Shown in pieces: positions 27,366 through 36,413 of a stretch of DNA of 64,000 nucleotides; within the stretch, counting starts at the first letter, position 1, and every line of letters begins with the position of its first letter. Origin of the DNA: Bacteroidia bacterium (GTDB lineage: Bacteria; Bacteroidota; Bacteroidia; Palsa-965); NCBI GenBank assembly GCA_044448685.1, contig JBIOHC010000002.1, forward strand, positions 14,623 through 78,622. Reading direction: 5' to 3'. The translations under genes and the position numbers were made by a program. Below the pieces are notes generated by a model. It was given only the letters and a program-made list of their open reading frames with translations, did no database searches and was not told the DNA's origin.

Positions 27366-28604
27366 ATGACAAACAAAAAAGTCGTACTTGCTTACAGCGG
27401 AGGATTGGATACCACCTTTTGCGCGTTGCATCTTAGCCGCATTGAAGGGTATGAGGTGCATGCTGTCTCCGTCAATACAGGAGGGTTCACCAAGGATGAC
27501 ATCATCCTTCTGAAAGAAAGGGCCCTTTCTCTTGGCTGTAAATCTTATACCTGCCTTGAAGAAACAGACACCTATTACCAGAGCTGCATTCGTTACCTGA
27601 TTTATGGCAACGTTTTAAAAAACAACAGCTACCCCCTGTCTGTGAGTGCAGAGCGAATTACCCAGGCTCTTGCCATTTCAGCGTATGCAAAGAAAATCAA
27701 TGCAGGTGCTGTAGCCCACGGAAGCACCGGAGCCGGAAACGACCAGGTCAGGTTCGACATGATTTTCGGAATCCTCATACCGGAAGCTAAAATAATTACG
27801 CCTATACGCGACATGAAGCTGAGCCGGGAAGAAGAGATTACATTCCTGAAATCACACGGGGTGAAAATGAATTTTGAAAAGGCACGTTACAGTATCAATA
27901 AAGGGATCTGGGGTACTTCTGTGGGTGGAAAGGAAACACTTACTTCCCGTACTCCTCTTCCAGAAGAGGCTTTTCCTACTCCACTGACCAGTACAGAGCC
28001 CGTTGAAATAAGTCTTCATTTTGAAAAAGGAGAATTAACAGGGCTGAATGAAAAACGATTCACCAATCCGGTTGATGCGATCAGGGAACTCCGGACGCTT
28101 GCTTCCGCTTATGCCATAGGTCGGGATATACATGTGGGTGACACCATAATCGGTATTAAAGGCCGGGTAGGTTTCGAAGCAGCAGCACCTCTTATCATCA
28201 TCAAGGCTCACCATGCTCTTGAAAAACATGTGCTCACAAAATGGCAACTGTACTGGAAAGATCAGCTTTCTGCCTGGTATGGCAACTGGCTTCATGAAGG
28301 GCAGTTTCTGGATCCGGTGATGCGAAATATTGAAAAATTTCTGGAAGATTCTCAGGCTCAGGTCAGCGGATCTGTCTTTGTAAACCTTCACCCCTATCGC
28401 TTCCAGATCAACGGAATTGAATCTCCCAATGACCTTATGTCGGATGCTTTTGGCAGCTATGGAGAAATGAACAAAAGCTGGACAGGGGAGGATGTGAAAG
28501 GCTTTACCAAAATATTCGGTAATCAGGTTTCTATTTTTCACCGTATCCAGGAAATGAATGAGTCCAAATCACATAAAACTGGCGAACATGCAACCCCTAA
28601 TTAA
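27366..28604 (+). CDS. argG: Argininosuccinate synthase
   Basis: The N-terminal PP-loop 'VVLAYSGGLDTT' and conserved ArgG blocks are present. Confidence 0.9.
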   Translation: MTNKKVVLAYSGGLDTTFCALHLSRIEGYEVHAVSVNTGGFTKDDIILLKERALSLGCKSYTCLEETDTYYQSCIRYLIYGNVLKNNSYPLSVSAERITQALAISAYAKKINAGAVAHGSTGAGNDQVRFDMIFGILIPEAKIITPIRDMKLSREEEITFLKSHGVKMNFEKARYSINKGIWGTSVGGKETLTSRTPLPEEAFPTPLTSTEPVEISLHFEKGELTGLNEKRFTNPVDAIRELRTLASAYAIGRDIHVGDTIIGIKGRVGFEAAAPLIIIKAHHALEKHVLTKWQLYWKDQLSAWYGNWLHEGQFLDPVMRNIEKFLEDSQAQVSGSVFVNLHPYRFQINGIESPNDLMSDAFGSYGEMNKSWTGEDVKGFTKIFGNQVSIFHRIQEMNESKSHKTGEHATPN

Positions 28605-29589
28605 GGCAGGTATTGTAGGCGGAGCAGGTTATACAGGGGGTGAAACAGCCCGCCTGCTGCTTCACCATCCGCATACTGAACTGCTGTTCGTACAGAGCAA
28701 GAGCCAGGTCGGCAAATCACTCTCCTCCATACATACAGATCTCCTGGGAGATACTGACCTGCGTTTCTCCGAAACTCATTCAACTGCCCCCGATGTCCTC
28801 TTCTTATGTCTGGGCCATGGAGAAGCAGGAAAATACCTTGATGCTAACCCCCAGCCCGCCTATACCCGTATCATAGACCTGAGTCAGGACCACCGGCTTG
28901 GCTCAGCCTATAGCAAGAAAAAGGTCTCTGTTGGCAGCCCTGGCTGGGTGTATGGATTACCTGAATCTAACCGGGAACTCATTCAAACAGCTCAACACAT
29001 TGCGAATCCAGGTTGCTTTGCCACAGCCATTCAACTCGCCCTGCTACCCCTCGCATTCAATAAATTACTCACTTCTTCTATTCATATATCTGCCACAACA
29101 GGCTCAACAGGTGCCGGACAAAGTTTAAGTTCCAGCACTCACTACACCTGGAGGAATAACAACCTGAGTATTTACAAAGCTTTCGAACACCAGCATCTTG
29201 GCGAGATAGAACTCAACCTCTCGGCCCAGCAGCAGGGTTTTGACAAACCGATTCATTTCATTCCACACAGGGGGAGCTTCACCCGTGGTATCCTGGCGGC
29301 AGCATACACCACCACCACTCTTTCCGAAATAGAACTTCATGAAATGTATTCAGCCTTTTTTGAAAGTCACCCATTTGTTCATCTAAGCACGGCACCGATA
29401 GACCTGAAACAAGTTGTCAATACCAACAAGTGCGTGCTGCATATAGAGAAAAAAGGTCAACAAGTTCTCATCACCAGTGTCCTCGACAATCTTCTCAAAG
29501 GGGCTGCGGGACAGGCAGTACAGAACATGAATATCCTGTTCGGCTTTGAAGAGACGGCAGGCCTGAAACTTAAAGCAAGTGTTTTCTGA
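28558..29589 (+). CDS. argC: N-acetyl-gamma-glutamyl-phosphate reductase
   Basis: The NAD-binding 'AGIVGGAGYTGGE' motif and catalytic Cys region 'NPGCFATA' are present. The ORF overlaps the argG 3' end, and a start near 28588 is more likely. Confidence 0.9.
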   Translation: MSPNHIKLANMQPLIKAGIVGGAGYTGGETARLLLHHPHTELLFVQSKSQVGKSLSSIHTDLLGDTDLRFSETHSTAPDVLFLCLGHGEAGKYLDANPQPAYTRIIDLSQDHRLGSAYSKKKVSVGSPGWVYGLPESNRELIQTAQHIANPGCFATAIQLALLPLAFNKLLTSSIHISATTGSTGAGQSLSSSTHYTWRNNNLSIYKAFEHQHLGEIELNLSAQQQGFDKPIHFIPHRGSFTRGILAAAYTTTTLSEIELHEMYSAFFESHPFVHLSTAPIDLKQVVNTNKCVLHIEKKGQQVLITSVLDNLLKGAAGQAVQNMNILFGFEETAGLKLKASVF

Positions 29590-29603
29590 AATAACAAAAA
29601 GCT

Positions 29604-30746
29604 ATGAACTTATTCGACGTTTATCCATTATTTGACATTCATCCTGTTAAAGCAAGCGGATCCTGGATCTGGGATGATAATGGAACTAAATATCTGGACC
29701 TTTATGGGGGGCATGCTGTTATCTCCATAGGGCACAGTCATCCGCACTATGTTGAAATGCTTTCCCGTCAGCTGAATCTGATAGGTTTTTATTCCAATTC
29801 GGTGAAGATAGGTTTGCAGGAAGAGCTGGCTTCCAAACTCGGCTCCCTCAGCGGGTATACAGACTATCATTTATTCCTTTGTAACTCCGGTGCCGAAGCG
29901 AATGAAAATGCTCTCAAAATGGCCTCTTTTCAAAACGGGAGGAAAAAAATCATTGCCTTTGACAAATCCTTTCATGGCCGCACATCACTGGCAGTAGCTT
30001 GCACTGATGATCCTTCAATTCAGGCACCGGTGAATGAAAATCCGGATATTCTCTTCCTCCCTTTCAATGATACAGAAGCTCTTGAAAAAGCGATGAGCAA
30101 GGATATTTGCGCGGTCATCATAGAAGGTATACAAGGGGTGGGAGGGGTAAGGATTGCTTCCGAACCTTTTCTAAAAAAGGCAAAAACGCTGTGCGAAGAA
30201 TACGGAGCAAGTCTCATTCTCGATGAAGTACAGAGCGGATACGGACGGAGTGGCAAATTTTTCTCCCATCAGCATTCCGGTATTAAAGCCGATCTAATAA
30301 CAGTGGCTAAAGGAATGGGGAACGGATTTCCGGTTGCGGCAGTCCTCATCTCCCCGGCTTTTAAAGCGAAACACAGCATGCTGGGTACCACATTCGGAGG
30401 CAACTACCTGGCTTGTGCTGCAAGCATTGCCGTATTGGATGTATTGAAGCAGGAAGGACTTACTCAAAATGCGGCAACCCTTGGGGAATACCTCATGGCG
30501 GAACTTAATAAGCTGGAAGGAATTAAAGAAATAAGAGGTCTCGGACTCATGATCGGAATAGAACTTCACGAACCTTGTGCAGCAATCCGGAAACGCCTCC
30601 TTGACCAGCACCATATATTCACAGGGTCCTCCTCTTCCAAAAACACCCTCCGTATCCTGCCGGCTTTGAATATTGGAAAAGCTGAGCTGGATTTGTTCTT
30701 AACAGCTTTTAAACAGGAATTGTCTCTAACACTGATACCGAAATGA
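29604..30746 (+). CDS. argD: Acetylornithine/succinylornithine aminotransferase (class III PLP)
   Basis: A class-III aminotransferase with 'LILDEVQSGYGRSGKFF' and the PLP-lysine region 'ITVAKGMGNGFP'. Confidence 0.85.
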   Translation: MNLFDVYPLFDIHPVKASGSWIWDDNGTKYLDLYGGHAVISIGHSHPHYVEMLSRQLNLIGFYSNSVKIGLQEELASKLGSLSGYTDYHLFLCNSGAEANENALKMASFQNGRKKIIAFDKSFHGRTSLAVACTDDPSIQAPVNENPDILFLPFNDTEALEKAMSKDICAVIIEGIQGVGGVRIASEPFLKKAKTLCEEYGASLILDEVQSGYGRSGKFFSHQHSGIKADLITVAKGMGNGFPVAAVLISPAFKAKHSMLGTTFGGNYLACAASIAVLDVLKQEGLTQNAATLGEYLMAELNKLEGIKEIRGLGLMIGIELHEPCAAIRKRLLDQHHIFTGSSSSKNTLRILPALNIGKAELDLFLTAFKQELSLTLIPK

Positions 30747-31744
30747 AGTATTTCACAACTGTCAATGATGTAGCCAACATCGATGAGCTAATCGGACAGG
30801 CTCTCGCTTTCAAAAAAGACCCGTTCTCTAACCCTCTCGCCGGTAAGAACAAAACCCTTGGACTTATTTTCCTGAACCCGAGTTTGCGAACCAGGCTCAG
30901 TACCCAAAAAGCAGCACTGAACCTGGGAATGAATGTGATGGTGATGAATGTGGACAAGGAAGCCTGGGCCCTCGAGTTTGCTGAAGGCGCCGTCATGAAC
31001 GGAAGCAGTGTTGAACATGTGAAAGATGCAGCAGCAGTAATGGGACAATATTGCGATATCATAGGCATTCGCTGTTTCCCGGGCCTTGCCGACAGGGCAC
31101 TGGATTACAGCGAACAAGTATTATTGAATTTTATGAAGCACTGCCACATACCTGTCGTGTCCCTTGAATCAGCTACATTGCATCCGCTGCAAAGTCTGGC
31201 TGACCTGATGACCATTCAGGAAAACTGGAAACAAAAACGCAAACCCAAAGTTGTCCTGACCTGGGCTCCACATATCAAAGCCCTGCCTCAGGCTGTGGCC
31301 AATTCTTTCAGTGAATGGATGTGCAAGGCTCCGGTAGACTTCTTCATAACACATCCTCCCGGATACGAATTACCTGAGGACTTTACTACGAAAGCAACTA
31401 TACTTCCTGATCAGGAAGAGGCGTTAAAAGGAGCCGATTTTGTGTATGTCAAAAACTGGTCATCCTACAGCGATTATGGTAAAATTCTTTGTTCAGATCC
31501 TGTCTGGATGCTGAGTCCGGAAAAAATGAGTCATACCAACAAGGCCGCTATAATGCATTGCCTGCCTGTGCGTCGGAATGTAGAGCTGCCTGATTCCCTT
31601 ATTGACGGACCGGACTCCCTGATCCTGAACCAGGCCGCAAACCGGCTCTATGCAGCCCAGGCTGTCCTTAAACTGATGCTCGACAAACTAAACCCTGTTG
31701 AACAAGCTGTTTTTATGAAAGAAAAATCTGCCCTGAAAGCCTGA
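30743..31744 (+). CDS. argF': N-acyl-ornithine (succinyl/acetyl-ornithine) carbamoyltransferase, Bacteroidetes argF' type
   Basis: A transcarbamylase fold with 'SLRTR' in place of the canonical 'STRTR' carbamoyl-phosphate motif, plus 'HCLP'. Both are hallmarks of the SOTCase/AOTCase subgroup. Confidence 0.8.
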   Translation: MKYFTTVNDVANIDELIGQALAFKKDPFSNPLAGKNKTLGLIFLNPSLRTRLSTQKAALNLGMNVMVMNVDKEAWALEFAEGAVMNGSSVEHVKDAAAVMGQYCDIIGIRCFPGLADRALDYSEQVLLNFMKHCHIPVVSLESATLHPLQSLADLMTIQENWKQKRKPKVVLTWAPHIKALPQAVANSFSEWMCKAPVDFFITHPPGYELPEDFTTKATILPDQEEALKGADFVYVKNWSSYSDYGKILCSDPVWMLSPEKMSHTNKAAIMHCLPVRRNVELPDSLIDGPDSLILNQAANRLYAAQAVLKLMLDKLNPVEQAVFMKEKSALKA

Positions 31745-31746
31745 TT

Positions 31747-32541
31747 ATGGAAAAACTGAATATCATCAAAATAGGCGGACAGGTATTGGATAACGAATCG
31801 GTCCTGAATGCATTCCTGCATGATCTTCATCGCTCACAAGGCAAAAAAATAATCATTCACGGAGGAGGTAAGCTGGCTACACGCCTGGCAGCACAGCTTG
31901 GAGCACCCCAGCAAATGATAGACGGAAGGAGGATAACCGATGCGGATACACTGCGTATTGTTACAATGGTTTATGCAGGCCTGATAAACAAGCAACTGGT
32001 GGCCCTGCTCCAGTCACTCGGAACAGATGCTCTCGGCCTCAGCGGTGCTGACATGAATTGCATCAAGGCACACAAACGTGCCGTGCACGCAATAGATTAC
32101 GGTTTTGTCGGTGACCTGGACCCTGCCAGTGTTAATGCCAATAAACTCCATAACTTATTAAACATGGACTGTACTCCCGTTATTTGTTCCATTACACATG
32201 ATGGGAAAGGGCAGCTACTGAACACTAACGCTGACACACTTGCAGCAGCGATAGCTATTGCCATGAACTCGAATTATGACGTTCAGCTAAACTTTTGTTT
32301 TGAGAAAAAAGGAGTACTGAGGAACAGCGAAGACGATAACTCCCTGATCCCTTCCTTATCTGAAAAGGAATATAAATACCTTAAAGAGGAGAAACACATA
32401 CACCAGGGTATGATACCCAAACTGGACAATGCTTTTGCAGCATTACAGCAAGGTGTAAACAAGGTTATCATAGGTCATTCGGCCGAGATCTCATCCATTT
32501 TGCTTAACCATACTCCACATGGAACCAGTCTTTGTCAGTGA
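31747..32541 (+). CDS. argB: Acetylglutamate kinase
   Basis: An amino-acid kinase fold with 'IIKIGGQVL', 'IIHGGG' and 'LNTNADTLAAAIA'. Confidence 0.85.
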   Translation: MEKLNIIKIGGQVLDNESVLNAFLHDLHRSQGKKIIIHGGGKLATRLAAQLGAPQQMIDGRRITDADTLRIVTMVYAGLINKQLVALLQSLGTDALGLSGADMNCIKAHKRAVHAIDYGFVGDLDPASVNANKLHNLLNMDCTPVICSITHDGKGQLLNTNADTLAAAIAIAMNSNYDVQLNFCFEKKGVLRNSEDDNSLIPSLSEKEYKYLKEEKHIHQGMIPKLDNAFAALQQGVNKVIIGHSAEISSILLNHTPHGTSLCQ

Positions 32542-33613
32542 AACGCATTCTGTACTCAAAACCGATGCACTGAACCTGTTGCAGACGTTGATCAGCACTC
32601 CTTCCCTAAGCAGGGAAGAAGATAAAACAGCTCAGATCATCGAACAGTTTTTGAAAACCCGTGGCGTTAAAACCTATCGGAAAAAAAACAATGTATGGGC
32701 CTTCAACAAACATTATAAAACCGGGTTGCCAGGCATTCTGCTTAATTCGCACCACGATACAGTTAAAGCCAATACATCGTATACGAGGGATCCACTCAGC
32801 CCCGAGATTAAGGACGGAAAACTCTTCGGTCTGGGCAGTAATGATGCAGGGGGAGCCCTGGTATCCCTTCTTGCAACGTTTTTGCATTTCCATGACAAGC
32901 CTGACTTGACGTATAATCTGATCATAGCCGCAACAGCCGAAGAAGAGGTTTCAGGAAATGATGGCATTGCCCTTATATATCCTGATCTGGGCCCCGTCAG
33001 CTTCGCTGTCGTGGGTGAGCCAACACAAATGCAACTGGCCATTGCTGAAAAAGGATTGATGGTGCTAGACTGTAACGCACATGGCATTTCCGGCCATGCA
33101 GCCAGGGAAGAAGGTGACAATGCCCTTTATAAGGCCATTGATGCCATACAATGGTTCCGTACTTATAAATTCCAGAAAGTATCACCCTGGCTTGGCGAAA
33201 TGAAGATGAGTGTTACGATGATCCAGGCGGGAACACAGCACAATGTAGTACCTGACATATGCCGGTTCACGGTCGATGTGAGGCATACGGAAATGTATAC
33301 ACAGGAAGAAGTACTGGAACTGATTACCGGTCATGTCACCTGTGATGTCAAGCCGCGATCGATGCGTATGAAACCATCCTCTATACCAGTTGAACACCCT
33401 ATTGTGAGGGCAGGACTGGATTTGGGAAGGAAGGCCTATGGATCGCCTACCACATCTGATCAGGCATTAATACCGGCACAAAGTCTGAAGATAGGCCCGG
33501 GCGATTCAGCCCGCTCGCATACCGCCGATGAATTTATTTATGTTGCCGAAATAGAAGAAGGAATAGATCTCTATATCGCGATGCTTAGCAAAATCATAAA
33601 TCGTAAATCATAA
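32519..33613 (+). CDS. argE: M20-family metallohydrolase (acyl-ornithine deacylase, ArgE-like)
   Basis: The M20 motifs 'HHDTV' and 'GSNDAGGALV' are present, along with a dimerisation insert. Its 3' end runs into a GATTTAW heptamer repeat. Confidence 0.75.
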   Translation: MEPVFVSETHSVLKTDALNLLQTLISTPSLSREEDKTAQIIEQFLKTRGVKTYRKKNNVWAFNKHYKTGLPGILLNSHHDTVKANTSYTRDPLSPEIKDGKLFGLGSNDAGGALVSLLATFLHFHDKPDLTYNLIIAATAEEEVSGNDGIALIYPDLGPVSFAVVGEPTQMQLAIAEKGLMVLDCNAHGISGHAAREEGDNALYKAIDAIQWFRTYKFQKVSPWLGEMKMSVTMIQAGTQHNVVPDICRFTVDVRHTEMYTQEEVLELITGHVTCDVKPRSMRMKPSSIPVEHPIVRAGLDLGRKAYGSPTTSDQALIPAQSLKIGPGDSARSHTADEFIYVAEIEEGIDLYIAMLSKIINRKS

Positions 33614-33624
33614 TTCTTAAATCC
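33591..33624. repeat. Short run of GATTTAW-type heptamer repeats (read on the minus strand) overlapping the argE stop codon
   Basis: The plus strand reads 'aaatcataaatcgtaaatcataattcttaaatcc', whose reverse complement is gatttaa-gaattat-gatttac-gatttat. The same unit builds the 12141-12235 palindrome. Confidence 0.6.
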
Positions 33625-33625
33625 T

Positions 33626-34933
33626 TTGAAGAAACTCTGGCAAAAAGAAAATACCACATTAAGTCAGGCTTCAGCACTGATAGATTCGTTTACAGCAGGC
33701 AGAGACAAGGAATTCGACCTCCTGCTCGCCGAAGTAGACATCCAGGGCTCCCTGGCCCATGCAGCGATGCTGGTTGAAATTAATCTACTTTCAAGAGAAG
33801 AGTTTGGTAAGATTGAAAAAGAGATGAAAAATATTCTTGCAACCGTGCTGGAGGGGAACTTTGTGATTGAGGAAGGGGTGGAAGATGTACATTCCCAGAT
33901 CGAATTGCTGCTTACACGCAGTATCGGAGAAGCAGGTAAAAAAATTCACAGCGGTCGGTCGCGCAACGATCAGGTATTGGTGGATATTAAATTATTTCTT
34001 CGCAGCGAACTTCAAAAAAGGAGTAAAGAGATTCTTACCCTGTTCAATACCCTGCAAGCGCTAAGCGAGCAACACAAGGATAAACTGTTTCCGGGCTACA
34101 CCCATTTACAGGTTGCAATGCCTTCTTCTTTTGGCCTTTGGTTTGGAGCTTATGCCGAAAGCCTGGTGGATGATATGGAACTTGTTGTTGCCGCTTATAA
34201 GGTATCCAACAAAAACCCCTTGGGTTCCGGTGCCGGATTCGGTTCATCTTTCCCATTAAAACGGGAACTGACTGCAAAGCTGCTTAAGTTCGATACATTG
34301 AATTACAATGTTGTCTATGCACAAATGAGCAGAGGCAAGACAGAAAAGATTGTTGCCATGGCCCTGGCTTCTGTCGGAGCGACGCTTGCCCGGATGTCCA
34401 TGGATATATGTCTGTACATGGGTCAGAATTTCGGATTCATCACCTTTCCTGATGAGTTGTGCACAGGCAGCAGCATTATGCCTCATAAAAAGAACCCCGA
34501 TGTGTTTGAGCTGATCAGGGCCCGGTGTAACCGGCTCCAAGCCCTGCCCAATGAACTTGCTATGTTCCAGATCAATCTGCCTTCAGGATATCACCGCGAT
34601 TTACAGCTGACCAAGGAATGTCTGTTTCCGGCTCTGGAAGAACTCAGCTCCTGTTTAATAATGGCAGATTATATGCTCCGGCATATTCAGGTAAAAACAG
34701 ATATACTCAAAGATGAAAAATACAAATACATCTGGAGTGTCGAAGCGGTGAATACAGAGGTTCTGAAAGGTGTCCCTTTTCGCGATGCCTACAAGAATGT
34801 CGGGAAGGATATCAACTCAGGTACTTTCAGCTACAACAACACTTTGCATCATACACACGAAGGAAGCATAGGTAATCTTTGCACTGAAGAGATCAGGAGT
34901 GAAATGGAGAAACGAATGGCTGCTATCCTTTAA
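33626..34933 (+). CDS. argH: Argininosuccinate lyase
   Basis: The fumarate-lyase signature 'GSSIMPHKKNPD' and N-terminal 'GRSRNDQV' are present. Confidence 0.9.
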   Translation: MKKLWQKENTTLSQASALIDSFTAGRDKEFDLLLAEVDIQGSLAHAAMLVEINLLSREEFGKIEKEMKNILATVLEGNFVIEEGVEDVHSQIELLLTRSIGEAGKKIHSGRSRNDQVLVDIKLFLRSELQKRSKEILTLFNTLQALSEQHKDKLFPGYTHLQVAMPSSFGLWFGAYAESLVDDMELVVAAYKVSNKNPLGSGAGFGSSFPLKRELTAKLLKFDTLNYNVVYAQMSRGKTEKIVAMALASVGATLARMSMDICLYMGQNFGFITFPDELCTGSSIMPHKKNPDVFELIRARCNRLQALPNELAMFQINLPSGYHRDLQLTKECLFPALEELSSCLIMADYMLRHIQVKTDILKDEKYKYIWSVEAVNTEVLKGVPFRDAYKNVGKDINSGTFSYNNTLHHTHEGSIGNLCTEEIRSEMEKRMAAIL

Positions 34934-35247
34934 GCCTGTGCAGTCGGCCCTCCGAAACTCATCGGAAGTGTATTCGACATTTCCGTATCCTTGATAGGAC
35001 CGTGAACCTGTTCGAATTTTCCGATATTGTCTTTTAAGGCTTTCATAAGGCGCTTGGCATGTTGAGGTGTAAGCACAATCCTTGACTTCACCTTGGCCTT
35101 TGGAACACCAGGCATCATCTTTATAAAATCCACCACAAATTCCGAATTGGAATGGGTAATAATGGCCAGGTTGGAATAGATTCCTTCAGCTATGTCTTCA
35201 TTCAGCTCTATATTGAGTTGATTTGGGTTTTGTGGGTCTTCGCTCAT
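34930..35247 (-). CDS. DUF3467-family small protein
   Basis: It is 105 aa with 'IYSNLAIITHSNSEFVVDF...VKSRIVLTPQHAKRL'. It has the conserved position immediately downstream of rpoC seen in Bacteroidetes. Confidence 0.6.
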   Translation of the reverse strand: MSEDPQNPNQLNIELNEDIAEGIYSNLAIITHSNSEFVVDFIKMMPGVPKAKVKSRIVLTPQHAKRLMKALKDNIGKFEQVHGPIKDTEMSNTLPMSFGGPTAQA

Positions 35248-35321
35248 TGGATTAATTTTTAAAGACAGATCCGTACTTTGGAAATGCTAACTAAAGGTAG
35301 GAATTTTTTAGCTCTTCTTCC

Positions 35322-36347
35322 TCACCAGTTCCGTATACCCCATTCCGTCCTCCGGCTCTTGCTCAAAAAAGACCAGGCCACAAAACGGCTTGTCTTTTGC
35401 CCCTGAGCCATATCGATTGTTTTCACATCTACAGCACCGGCTTTTTTTAAAGCTCTGTATATTCCCCTCAGGCTTTCGCTTTTTGAAACCAAGGTGGAGA
35501 ACCAATAAGAGGATTCGGGTACATCCTTGCTTTGCTCTATCATCTTACCGATAAAGGCCTGTTCCCCTCCTTCACACCAGAGCTCTGTATGCTGCCCCCC
35601 GAAATTGCGGGCAGGCGTTTTCCCTTTTTTGTGCCCCAGGTTCTTCCATTTGCGCTCCGTTCCTGCCTGGGCTTCGGCTAAAGATGCATGGAAGGGAGGA
35701 TTGGAAATAACGAGATCAAAATACTCACCCGACATGATGATTCCCTTGAATATATCCGTTGCTGATTTCTGCACCCGGATTTCAACATCCTTTTCCAGTA
35801 CAGGATTTGCCTTCAGCAGTTTCCTGACCGAAGCAATGGCAACAGGGTCGATATCGGTACCAACAAAACTCCAGTCATACACCTTGTTCCCAATAATCGG
35901 ATAGACGAGACTGGCTCCCATTCCTATATCAAGAACTCTGACTGATTTTCCATAGGGGATTTTCCCTCCGTTACAGCTTGCCAGCAAATCGGCCGCATGA
36001 TGTATATAATCGGCCCGTCCAGGTATAGGCGGACAGAGATACCCTGCCGGTATATCCCAGCCCTTAACAGCGTAAAAATGCATAAGCAAGGCCCTGTTCA
36101 GCATGATTACCGCAGCCGGATCCGAAAAATTCACACTTTCATTCCCGTATTTATTCAAGGCAACAAAAGGAGTCAGTTCCGGACAAGCTTTTATCAGTAC
36201 CTTAAAATCATATGCAAACCGATGCGGATTACGAGGGTGCAGCCCAGTCTTTTCAGTGGGTAATATTTTTATGTCTTTGGAATGGGTTGTCATGAAGGGG
36301 TTTGAAGGGCAAAGATAGGCAAATGGGGGCATAAGAAAGGCCCCCAA
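35322..36347 (-). CDS. rlmF: 23S rRNA (adenine1618-N6)-methyltransferase RlmF (METTL16-like)
   Basis: The 'NPPFH' catalytic motif, '[15 protein letters not shown]' SAM-binding motif and an N-terminal 'LHPRNPH' block are present. The likely true start is MTTHSK at 36293. Confidence 0.75.
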   Translation of the reverse strand: MGAFLMPPFAYLCPSNPFMTTHSKDIKILPTEKTGLHPRNPHRFAYDFKVLIKACPELTPFVALNKYGNESVNFSDPAAVIMLNRALLMHFYAVKGWDIPAGYLCPPIPGRADYIHHAADLLASCNGGKIPYGKSVRVLDIGMGASLVYPIIGNKVYDWSFVGTDIDPVAIASVRKLLKANPVLEKDVEIRVQKSATDIFKGIIMSGEYFDLVISNPPFHASLAEAQAGTERKWKNLGHKKGKTPARNFGGQHTELWCEGGEQAFIGKMIEQSKDVPESSYWFSTLVSKSESLRGIYRALKKAGAVDVKTIDMAQGQKTSRFVAWSFLSKSRRTEWGIRNW

Positions 36348-36413
36348 TCCGGAGGCCTTTCTTTCTATGTGTATTGCCTTGCCCGCCCGAGCTTTAGCGA
36401 AGGCGGGAGCAAA

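Noticed and set aside
36338-36413. Hairpins 'aaaggcccccaatccggaggccttt' and 'cccgcc...ggcggg' between rpoC and rlmF
   Set aside because: The stems are real, but no U-tract follows on the minus strand, the coding strand here. On the plus strand a T-rich run follows, yet there is no plus-strand gene upstream. Terminator function is therefore unclear, and I did not list them as features.
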